Shown one piece after another: positions 26,844 through 34,274 of a DNA stretch of 64,000 nucleotides (positions are counted from its first letter, which is position 1; the number at the start of each line of letters is the position of its first letter). Below the pieces are notes generated by a model. It saw nothing but the letters and a program-made list of their open reading frames with translations. It searched no databases and had not been told where the DNA came from. The DNA lies in assembly GCA_035279705.1 (NCBI GenBank), contig DATEHG010000069.1, forward strand, positions 6,091 to 70,090, in the 5' to 3' direction. The DNA comes from Gemmatimonadales bacterium. GTDB lineage: Bacteria > Gemmatimonadota > Gemmatimonadetes > Gemmatimonadales > GWC2-71-9. Both the position numbers and the translations under genes were made by a program.

Positions 26844-27353
26844 TCAGTGGATGGCGCATTCCACCGGGCAGCGCGCCGTCGGGCAGGTGCCCTCGTCGCA
26901 CAGCCGGCAGTAGCGGTCGGCCTGTTCCCGGGTCCGCGTCATGGCGGCGAGCAGCTTTTCGGTGAGCAGTTCCAGCTGGCGGCGTTCGCGGCCGGTCAGG
27001 GAGGCCAGGGGGCCTTCGATCACCTTGCGCCGCTCGGCGAGCAGCGCGCGCATGGCCTGGCGCCCGGCCGTGGTGAGCTGAAGGCTCACCGACCGGGCGT
27101 CGGCGCCGGCAGCCCGGACCACCAGGCCGTCGGCTTCCAGCCGGTCGACCAGCCGGACCGTGCCCGAATGCGACAGCGACAGGGCGGGGCGGAGCGCATC
27201 GATCGTAAGGCCGGGATAAGTGCCGATGACGACCAGCGCCGCGGGCGCCGATGCGCCATGGGCGGCGGCGTTTTCGGTGGCCAGGCGGAGCTCATCCCCC
27301 AGGGCGAGGGCCAGGGCTCCGAGCAGGTTGGCGGAACGGGCGTCAGCACTCAT
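26844..27353 (-). CDS. MarR family transcriptional regulator with C-terminal Cys-rich tail
   Basis: 169-aa ORF with a winged-HTH region (LSLSHSGTVRLVDRLEADGLVVR). The tail is RYCRLCDEGTCPTARCPVECAIH (5 Cys). Confidence 0.8.
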   Translation of the reverse strand: MSADARSANLLGALALALGDELRLATENAAAHGASAPAALVVIGTYPGLTIDALRPALSLSHSGTVRLVDRLEADGLVVRAAGADARSVSLQLTTAGRQAMRALLAERRKVIEGPLASLTGRERRQLELLTEKLLAAMTRTREQADRYCRLCDEGTCPTARCPVECAIH

Positions 27354-27357
27354 GTCT

Positions 27358-27382
27358 CAATATATGAGGCGCGCATATATTG
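27358..27382. promoter_or_regulatory. Perfect 9-bp inverted repeat between the pqqE stop and the marR start (candidate MarR operator or RNA hairpin)
   Basis: CAATATATG-aggcgcg-CATATATTG, located 5 nt upstream of the marR ATG (27353). It is strongly AT-rich in a GC-rich context. Confidence 0.5.
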
Positions 27383-27395
27383 GCAAGAGGCGGGG

Positions 27396-28487
27396 TCAGG
27401 CGGGCTGCGGTTCCCCCTTCACGGTGCGGTAGACGTACGCGGGGAGCTGCTCCGGCACCTGGAGCGCGCCGGTGATGAGATCGTGGCGCGGGGAAAGAGT
27501 GCAGACAGGGTCGGTCGCCGCGGCGTCGCCGGTCAGGGCAAAGGCCTGGCAGCGGCAGCCGCCGAAGTCGGTGTGCTTCCGGGGACAGGAGCGGCAGGGC
27601 TCCTGCATCCACGCGTCGCCTCGGAAGGCATTGAAAATGGGTGATTCCCGCCAGATGGCGCCAAGGCTCTGTTCCCGCACATTGACGAACTGCAGGTGGG
27701 AAATCTGCGTGGCGCCGTGGCACGGCAGCGCCTTGCCGTCCGGCGTGACCAGGATGTAGACCCTGCCCCATCCCGCATAGCAGGCCTTGGGGTAGGTCTC
27801 GTAGTAATCCGGCAGCACGTAGAGAATCTGCATCTGGCCCCGGTACCGCTCGATCGCCGCCGCGGCGATCGGCCGCGACCGCTCGACCTGCTCCCGCGTC
27901 GGCATCAGCGCCGCCCGGTTGGTGAGCGCCCAGCCGTAGTACTGGGTGTTGGCCAGCTCCAGCCGGTCCGCGCCGAACTCGGCGGCCATCGCGATGATCG
28001 CCTCGAGATGATCGAGATTGCCGCGGTGCAGCACTACGTTCACCGAAAAGGCGAGACCCAGTTCCCGCACCAGCGCCGCCGCCTCCCGTTTCTGCTTCAC
28101 CGACCGGATGCCCGCGATCTTCTCGGCATTGGCGGTGTCGGCGTCCTGGAACGAGATCTGGATATGGTCGAGCCCGGCGGTCTTGAGCCGCTCGGCCCGC
28201 GCCCGGGTCAGGCCGAGGCCCGAGGTCACCAGAGTGGTGTACAGCCCCTCGGAGCGGGCGTGCCCGACCAGTTCCTCCAGGTCCTTCCGCACCAGCGGTT
28301 CCCCGCCAGACAGCCCAAGCTGCAGCACACCAAGCTCCCGCGCCTCGGTCAGCACCCGCTTCCACTGCTCGGTGGTGAGTTCGGCCTCGGCGCGGCTCAT
28401 CTCCAGTGGATTGGAGCAGTAGGGACAGTGCAGCGGGCAGCGGTACGTCAGCTCCGCCAGCAGCGTGGTGGGCAGCAGGTCAGCCAC
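27396..28487 (-). CDS. pqqE: PQQ biosynthesis radical SAM/SPASM protein PqqE
   Basis: 363 aa. CPLHCPYCSN radical-SAM cluster motif and a C-terminal SPASM cysteine set (…CRSCPRKHTDFGGCRCQA…). The GTG start overlaps the pqqD stop by 8 nt. Confidence 0.95.
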   Translation of the reverse strand: MADLLPTTLLAELTYRCPLHCPYCSNPLEMSRAEAELTTEQWKRVLTEARELGVLQLGLSGGEPLVRKDLEELVGHARSEGLYTTLVTSGLGLTRARAERLKTAGLDHIQISFQDADTANAEKIAGIRSVKQKREAAALVRELGLAFSVNVVLHRGNLDHLEAIIAMAAEFGADRLELANTQYYGWALTNRAALMPTREQVERSRPIAAAAIERYRGQMQILYVLPDYYETYPKACYAGWGRVYILVTPDGKALPCHGATQISHLQFVNVREQSLGAIWRESPIFNAFRGDAWMQEPCRSCPRKHTDFGGCRCQAFALTGDAAATDPVCTLSPRHDLITGALQVPEQLPAYVYRTVKGEPQPA

Positions 28488-28753
28488 GGCTGGTCACCAG
28501 ATCGCGGCGGGACAGGTCGTTGAGATACTCGATCACGTCGGCCGAGACGTCGGTCCCGTACTGCTCGGCAAGGGTGCCTGAAATTTCGCGCACCGTCCGC
28601 TGCCCGTCGCACAACTCGAGGATCGCGGCGCCCGTGTCGTTGATGAACATCGCGCCCTCCGGATAGAGCAGGACCCGGCGCTGGCGGACCCGGTCGAAGT
28701 CGATCCGCGCCAGGCGCCAGAGGCTGGGCCGTGAATCGGGGCCGATATTCACG
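28480..28753 (-). CDS. pqqD: PQQ biosynthesis peptide chaperone PqqD
   Basis: GTG 28753 overlaps the pqqC stop (GTGA). 91 aa: …RVLLYPEGAMFINDTGAAILELCDGQRTVREISGTLAEQYG…. Confidence 0.85.
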
Positions 28754-29510
28754 CCTGTCCGGGCTCCAGGTAGGCGTGATGAATGTTGTCGATCAGGGCC
28801 CAGAGCATTTCCAGCTTGAACGCGAGTGCCCCGAACGCCTTTCGCTGGCTGTCCACCGTGGTGCAGTGCTGCTGCACGATCGACAGGCCGTGCTTGACGT
28901 CTCTCGGCGCCTGGACCAGCCGGCTCTTGAAGTAGTCCAGCGCTTCCGGCGGGATCCAAGGGTAATGGCGGGGAAAGGCTTCGATGCGCTCGCCGTGGAT
29001 GCGGGGCGCGAACAGTTCGGTGAGTGACGAAGCGCAGGCGGTGACCCAGTCGTTGTTGCGGCAGAAGGTGACGTAGGACTCGCAGATGAGGCGCACTCCA
29101 GGGAGGACGTGGCGCTCGTCCTCCATCTCCTCGCGCGGCACGCCGAGGGCCACACCGAGACGGATCCACAGTTCGATGCCGCCGGTGCCCGGGGCTCTGC
29201 CATCGTGGTCCACGATCCGCTGGATCCACTCCCGGCGCACTTCGGGGTCAGGGCAGTTGCTGAGGATCGCCGCGTCCTTCCGCGGCACGACCCGCTGGTA
29301 GGCGAGGCGGTTGGCGACCCACCCCTGGAACTGGCGCTGGGTGAGTTTGCCTTCGTACATCAGGCGGTGGAATGGATGGCTGACGTAGTACGACCCGCTG
29401 AATGAGCGGAGCGCCGCCTCCAGGGCTTCGGGGGAAAGAGGCCGGTCCAGCGTCGGTATTGGAGGCGCGGGTGGCGCCGCCAGGAGTGAGGCGTTGAGGG
29501 TGGCCGTCAT
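28749..29510 (-). CDS. pqqC: Pyrroloquinoline-quinone synthase PqqC
   Basis: 253 aa with family-typical strings: YYVSHPFHRLMYEGKLTQRQFQGWVANR, ILSNCPDPEVRREWIQRIVDHDG and YFKSRLVQAPRDV. Confidence 0.95.
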   Translation of the reverse strand: MTATLNASLLAAPPAPPIPTLDRPLSPEALEAALRSFSGSYYVSHPFHRLMYEGKLTQRQFQGWVANRLAYQRVVPRKDAAILSNCPDPEVRREWIQRIVDHDGRAPGTGGIELWIRLGVALGVPREEMEDERHVLPGVRLICESYVTFCRNNDWVTACASSLTELFAPRIHGERIEAFPRHYPWIPPEALDYFKSRLVQAPRDVKHGLSIVQQHCTTVDSQRKAFGALAFKLEMLWALIDNIHHAYLEPGQA

Positions 29511-29558
29511 CCGTCGGTTCCGGGAAAGTTGCGCCGGAGCAATGTGGCGCTGGAGGCT

Positions 29559-29594
29559 GAAAATACGAACGGGGCCCGCCAGTCAGCGGGCCCC
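29559..29594 (-). terminator. Strong hairpin plus U-tract immediately after pqqA (attenuator between pqqA and pqqC)
   Basis: Minus strand GGGGCCCGC-UGACUG-GCGGGCCCC followed by GUUCGUAUUUUC. It begins 19 nt after the pqqA stop. Confidence 0.7.
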
Positions 29595-29612
29595 GCTCGG
29601 TGTGGCTTCTGC

Positions 29613-29687
29613 TTAGAGCGTGGCCACGTAGGCGGTGACTTCCATCGTTACCGCGACCACTTCGGCTTCGGGCTTCGTCCAGGTCAT
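29613..29687 (-). CDS. pqqA: PQQ precursor peptide PqqA (24 aa; not listed as its own entry, buried in track ORF 29613..29855)
   Basis: MTWTKPEAEVVAVTMEVTAYVATL carries the conserved E-x-x-x-Y (EVTAY) crosslink motif. GGAGG lies 7 nt upstream of the ATG. Confidence 0.85.
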   Translation of the reverse strand: MTWTKPEAEVVAVTMEVTAYVATL

Positions 29688-29795
29688 CGTGTTGCCTCCG
29701 AGTTGAGCCAGAAAGTTCGGGGAATCCCCGTGGTGTCCATACCAGGGCGGATCTCCCCGGCGAAGCCTGTGGGATGTCCGCAGGCGTATGGCAGG

Positions 29796-29813
29796 ATGCA
29801 CGTCGTGTGCCCG
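29796..29813 (-). promoter_or_regulatory. Candidate sigma-54 (-24/-12) promoter upstream of pqqA
   Basis: The minus strand reads cGGGCAC-ACGAC-GTGCAT, against the consensus TGGCAC-N5-TTGCA(T). GG and GC are at the correct 10-nt spacing. The element is about 110 nt upstream of the pqqA ATG. Confidence 0.6.
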
Positions 29814-29907
29814 GGTGATGACCTCCGGATGGAATTTCAAGCCGTTGCAATACAACAGCTTGAAGTCCAGCCAATCACTCGATAGAAAGCCCGGGGGTGG
29901 GGCAGAT

Positions 29908-29944
29908 GGGTGAAATCACCCAGCGACTGGGTCATCTCACCCAG
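29908..29944. promoter_or_regulatory. Three overlapping palindromes (candidate enhancer/UAS for the adjacent bEBP)
   Basis: GGGTGA-AA-TCACCC (29908..29921), ACCCAG-CGA-CTGGGT (29918..29932) and CTGGGT-CATCTC-ACCCAG (29927..29944). They lie about 100-150 bp upstream of the -24/-12 element and directly after the regulator stop codon. Confidence 0.45.
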
Positions 29945-29947
29945 TGG

Positions 29948-31345
29948 TCAACCCTGCAGCCCGTACTTCTTGAGGCGATAGCGCAGCGTGTCCCGGCTGA
30001 TGCCGAGTCGCTGGGCGGCCCTGGTCTGGTTGCCGGCGGCGTCGCGGAGTGCGCGCTCCAGCATGCTCTTCTCGAGTTCGGCCAGGTCCATCCCCTCGGT
30101 CACCACATCCCACTCCGCCGTGGCCGAGATCCCCGCGGGGGGTGCACCACCAACGGCGGGTCCCGCGGCCGGCATGTTGAGCGAGAGGTGGTCCACCCCG
30201 ACGAGCTCGCCCTGGCTCCAGAGCACCGCGCGCTCGATGACATGGCTGAGTTCGCGCACGTTCCCGGGCCAGGGGTACCGCTTGAGCTGCAACTCGGCGT
30301 CGCTGTCGAGCCGCCGCGCCGGTTTGCCGTACTTGGTGCTGAACTGCCTCAGGTAGTGCTGAGCCAGGGCCAGGACATCATCGCCGCGCTCCCGCAGGGG
30401 CGGCAGGCGCAGCAGGATGACCGCCAGACGGAAATAGAGATCCTTGCGGAACTGCCCGCCCTTCGATTCGTGCTCGATGTCCCGGTTAGTGGCGGCCAGG
30501 ATCCTCACGTCGATCTTGCGGTCCCGGATGCCGCCCACGCGGCGCACGGTCCGCTCCTCGATGGCGCGGAGCAGCTTCCCCTGCAGCGCCAGTTCGAGGT
30601 CGCCGATTTCATCGAGGAAGATGAATCCTCCCTCGGCGGCCTCGAACAGGCCGAGCTTCGACTCCTTGGCGTCGGTAAAGGCGCCGCGCTCGTAGCCGAA
30701 CAGCTCGGCCTCCATCAGGTTGGCGGGAAGGGCGGTGCAGTTGACATCGATGAAGGGCTTCGCGCTGCGGGGCCCTGACGTGTGGATGGTCCGGGCCACC
30801 AGACCCTTCCCGGTGCCCGTTTCACCCGTGATGAGCACGGGTGGCGTTTCCGCCAGGGCGGCCACCTCGCGGGCCCGTTCCAGCACGGCCTTCATGGCCG
30901 GCGAGCTGCCCAGCACGCTGCCGAAGGATTCTTCTTGCGAGGCACGCCGCCGGTAGAACGACAACTCCTGCTTGAGCTGGCTCGTCTCACGGGCCCGGTC
31001 GGCCAGCAGCTTGAGCTCCTCCAGGTCCACCGGCTTCTTGAGATAGTCGAAGGCGCCGAGCTTGACCGCCTCGACCGCGCCTTCGATGGTGCCGAACGCC
31101 GTCATGACCACCACCGGCGTGGCGGCGTCGAACTCCCGGACCCGTTTGAGCAGGTCGATGCCGCTCATGCCCGGCAGCCGCAGGTCGGTGAACACCACGT
31201 CGGGCCGCAGCCGGTCGAGCAGCTCGACGGCTTGCTCCGCGGAGGAGGCGACCTCCGCCTCGTAACCCGAGGCCTCGAGAAAGGCCTTGATGGCCTTGGC
31301 AAGATTTCGCTCGTCGTCGACGACGAGGACGGTCGGGCCACTCAT
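29948..31345 (-). CDS. NtrC-family sigma-54-dependent response regulator (REC-AAA+-Fis HTH)
   Basis: 465 aa. REC (VVDDE…VFTDLRLPGMSG…KKPV), Walker A GETGTGKG, GAFTDA loop (a GAFTGA variant), Walker B FLDEIG, WPGNVREL, and a C-terminal HTH QTRAAQRLGISRDTLRYRLKKYG. Confidence 0.9.
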   Translation of the reverse strand: MSGPTVLVVDDERNLAKAIKAFLEASGYEAEVASSAEQAVELLDRLRPDVVFTDLRLPGMSGIDLLKRVREFDAATPVVVMTAFGTIEGAVEAVKLGAFDYLKKPVDLEELKLLADRARETSQLKQELSFYRRRASQEESFGSVLGSSPAMKAVLERAREVAALAETPPVLITGETGTGKGLVARTIHTSGPRSAKPFIDVNCTALPANLMEAELFGYERGAFTDAKESKLGLFEAAEGGFIFLDEIGDLELALQGKLLRAIEERTVRRVGGIRDRKIDVRILAATNRDIEHESKGGQFRKDLYFRLAVILLRLPPLRERGDDVLALAQHYLRQFSTKYGKPARRLDSDAELQLKRYPWPGNVRELSHVIERAVLWSQGELVGVDHLSLNMPAAGPAVGGAPPAGISATAEWDVVTEGMDLAELEKSMLERALRDAAGNQTRAAQRLGISRDTLRYRLKKYGLQG

Positions 31346-32892
31346 GCGGTTCTCGACTCCAAGGGTTCGGCCTCCGGTGCCGTCGCGGCGGGGAAATACA
31401 GTCGCGCGGTCGTGCCCTGGCCCGGCCGGCTCGACAGTTCGAGGCGGCCGCCATTCTGCTCGACGAAGCGCCTTGCCATCGTGAGCCCGAGTCCGGTGCC
31501 GTCCGGCCGAGTGGTAAAGAACGGGTCGAACACCGACTGCATCACCGATTCGGGAATGCCGGGGCCGCTGTCCGCGATGGCGATGACAACTTCACCTCCG
31601 CCCCCGGGCAGCTCCACCTCGCCGACCGAAACCCGGAGTGTTCCGCCACCTGGCATCGCCCCCAGCGAATTGGCCACGATCTCGGTGATGGCCTGATCGA
31701 GGCGGACGGGATCGACGGCGATCTCGGCGACTCCGTCCGGCAGGTCGATCTCGAGCTTCACCCGGCGCTCGGTAAGCAGCTGAGCCAGCGAGTTCAGCAG
31801 GCTGTGCACCAGAACTCCCGGGCGTTCCCGGAGTGGATGTACCGGCGCCGGACTCGAGAAGGCCAGCAGGTGGGTAATCCGCCGATCCAGCCGGTCCACC
31901 TCGTCGATCATCGAGCGGAGTTGCTCGCCGGCCGCCGGACTTTCCGGGTGCCGGAGCACGAGCTGCGCCGAGGCCCGGAGGCTGGCCAGTGGATTGCGGA
32001 GGCCATGCGCCACTCCAGCTGCCATCTCGCCGATCGAGGCAAGTTTTTCGGACTGCACCAGGCGGGCCTGGGCCTGCTGCAAGTCCGTCAGGCGTGCCTC
32101 GAGTTGCGTGTTCAGGCTCTCGAGGTCCGCCCTCGACCGGCTGAGCCGGTCGGTCATGCCGGCAAAGGCGCGGGCCAGGTCACCGATCTCGTCTCTGGCC
32201 TCGACTCCGACCGGCCGCTCCATCCCTCCCGATCCCGCGGCGGCCATGGCGCCCTGCAGCTCGGTGAGCGGCTGCACCAGGCTGCGGGAAATCATCCAGG
32301 CCGCGAGCGGTCCGAGCACCAGGGTGAGGGTCAGGATCCAGAGCAGCGCCCGACGCTCGCCGTCGACGATCTCCTGGACTCTGGTGAACGCGGTGTGCAG
32401 GCTGTACTCCCGGGCCCGCCGGTAGATCTCGTGATTCACCTCGGTCAGCGCGGGCTGCAGTTTGAACTTGAGTTCCTGTCGCGCCAGCTCGTAGGCCTCG
32501 GCGTTGCGGTGCTTGTCCATGAGGGTGAACACGCTGTCGCCCACTTCCTGGAAATGCTTCTGGATGACCCGCACGCCGTCGGCCAGTCCCTTCTCGTCCG
32601 GCCGCAGTTCGGCCGTCCAGCGGTCAAACCAGTAGTCCACTACCTCGCCATGCGTCTTGAACTCGGCCCGCGCGTTTGGTTCGTGTCCGGAGAGCGCCTG
32701 CCAGAGCACTTCGCCCTGGTTGAACATGGCGGTCTCGACCTCCGCGTAAGTCCGGGTGCGCCCGAGACTCACACCCAGGGCGTCGAGGGCGTGCCGTTCG
32801 AGCGCGTTGCTGCGGATCGCCGCCGCCGCCACCAGGGCCACGGGCAGGGTCATCAGGGCAAAGCCCAGCAGCAGGCGACGGCGGAACGTCAT
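31342..32892 (-). CDS. HAMP-domain sensor histidine kinase
   Basis: I prefer ATG 32892 (MTFRRRLLLGF…), which overlaps the upstream stop (ATGA). Two TM segments flank an approximately 170-aa outer domain, followed by HAMP, the H-box EMAAGVAHGLRNPL and HATPase (…DSGPGIP…GTGLGL…). Its stop overlaps the RR start (ATGA). Confidence 0.9.
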   Translation of the reverse strand: MTFRRRLLLGFALMTLPVALVAAAAIRSNALERHALDALGVSLGRTRTYAEVETAMFNQGEVLWQALSGHEPNARAEFKTHGEVVDYWFDRWTAELRPDEKGLADGVRVIQKHFQEVGDSVFTLMDKHRNAEAYELARQELKFKLQPALTEVNHEIYRRAREYSLHTAFTRVQEIVDGERRALLWILTLTLVLGPLAAWMISRSLVQPLTELQGAMAAAGSGGMERPVGVEARDEIGDLARAFAGMTDRLSRSRADLESLNTQLEARLTDLQQAQARLVQSEKLASIGEMAAGVAHGLRNPLASLRASAQLVLRHPESPAAGEQLRSMIDEVDRLDRRITHLLAFSSPAPVHPLRERPGVLVHSLLNSLAQLLTERRVKLEIDLPDGVAEIAVDPVRLDQAITEIVANSLGAMPGGGTLRVSVGEVELPGGGGEVVIAIADSGPGIPESVMQSVFDPFFTTRPDGTGLGLTMARRFVEQNGGRLELSSRPGQGTTARLYFPAATAPEAEPLESRTA

Positions 32893-34274
32893 GCGCGTCC
32901 GGGGAAGGTGCCGAGCCCGGCATCCTTCCACCAGCGATAGAACGTGGCCCGGCCGATGCCCAGCGTTCGCGCCGCCGCGCTGCGATTGCCACCATGACCG
33001 GCCAGGGCCCGGAGCAGCAGCATCCGCCGCTCGGCCTGACCCGGTTCACCGATCACCAGCGGCACATGGGCCTCGGACTGCCGCACCTCGGCCGGAAAAC
33101 TTTCCGGTCCCAGCTGCGCCGGCCGCGAGATCCGGCCGCGCCGGCGGAGCGCCAGCGCGTGCCGCACGGCGCTCTCGAGCTCACGCACGTTGCCCGGCCA
33201 GCCGTACGCGGTCAGCATCGCGAGGGCCGCCGCGGAAATGGTCACGCCGGAGTCGGCGGCGTGCAGGGCGAGGAAATGCTCGACCAGGCGAGGCAGGTCC
33301 GACAGCCGCTCGCGGAGCGGCGGCACCGCGATCCGCACCACCTTGAGCCGGTAGTAGAGTTCCTCGCGCATCCGTCCGGCCTTCACTTCGCTCTCGAGGG
33401 GGCGGCGCGAGGTGGCGAGCAGGCGCACGTCCACCGCCCGGGGCCGGCTTTCCCCCATGCGGCGGAGCGAGCCGCTCTGCAGGACTTCGATGAGGCGGCT
33501 CTGGGATGCCGCCGGCAGGAGCGCGGGCTCCTCGATCACGAGGGTTCCGTCACGCGCTGCCTCGATCCGCCCGGGCACGCGGCCATGGCCGAACAGCTCC
33601 CCCTCCAGATCTCCATGCTCAAGACTGCCGCAGTTGAACACGATGAGCGGGTGCTGCGCGCGCCCGCTGCCGGCGTGAATCAGCTGGGCCACCAGCTCCT
33701 TGCCGGTGCCCGGCTCGCCTTCGATCACAACGGGGGCATCGCTGGGGGAGACGAGGCCGATGAGATCGTACAGGGCCAGCATCAGCGGATGGGCACCGAT
33801 CAGGTTGCCGAAGCCGCTCCGGCTGCCCACGGCGGTCTGCTGCCGACAGAGCACGGCCAGGTCACGGATGATGACCAGGATGCCGGCGCGCTTCGACTCA
33901 TCCTGCCACGAGGTCACCATGATTTCGGTGGCCCGGCGGTTGCCCTGGGCGCAGAGGACCTCGGTCACCAGTCTGGCGGGAACACCGGTATCGCGTACCC
34001 GCCAGGCATCGCGATTGAGGGCTGGCTCGAGACGCAGCACGTCCCGCCAGTGGCGGCCGATCGCGGTCTCGGGGGAGAGGCCGGTCACCCGGCTCGCGGC
34101 CGGGTTGTGCAGCACCACGAGCCCGTCGGCATCGACCGCGATCGCGCCGTCGTCGGTGGCGCCGATCCAGGCCTGCAGGATTCCGGGGTCCGCCGGCCGT
34201 GGGGCAGACGCGGTCCCGCCGCCCGGCGCGGCAGGATCCCCGGAACCGCCGTGCGACCCTTGCCGCAGCATCAC
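32889..34274 (-). CDS. PAS-AAA+-Fis HTH regulator lacking the GAFTGA sigma-54 contact loop
   Basis: 461 aa. PAS (…DDGAIAVDADGLVVLHNPAASRVTGLS…), Walker A GEPGTGKE, then ELFGH-GRVPGRIEAARDGTLVIEE where canonical bEBPs have ELFGHEKGAFTGA…GGTLFLDEI. WPGNVRELE follows, and the HTH is RSAAARTLGIGRATFYRWW. The start (GTG 34274 or ATG 34271) overlaps the pqqB stop. Confidence 0.85.
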   Translation of the reverse strand: MMLRQGSHGGSGDPAAPGGGTASAPRPADPGILQAWIGATDDGAIAVDADGLVVLHNPAASRVTGLSPETAIGRHWRDVLRLEPALNRDAWRVRDTGVPARLVTEVLCAQGNRRATEIMVTSWQDESKRAGILVIIRDLAVLCRQQTAVGSRSGFGNLIGAHPLMLALYDLIGLVSPSDAPVVIEGEPGTGKELVAQLIHAGSGRAQHPLIVFNCGSLEHGDLEGELFGHGRVPGRIEAARDGTLVIEEPALLPAASQSRLIEVLQSGSLRRMGESRPRAVDVRLLATSRRPLESEVKAGRMREELYYRLKVVRIAVPPLRERLSDLPRLVEHFLALHAADSGVTISAAALAMLTAYGWPGNVRELESAVRHALALRRRGRISRPAQLGPESFPAEVRQSEAHVPLVIGEPGQAERRMLLLRALAGHGGNRSAAARTLGIGRATFYRWWKDAGLGTFPGRA

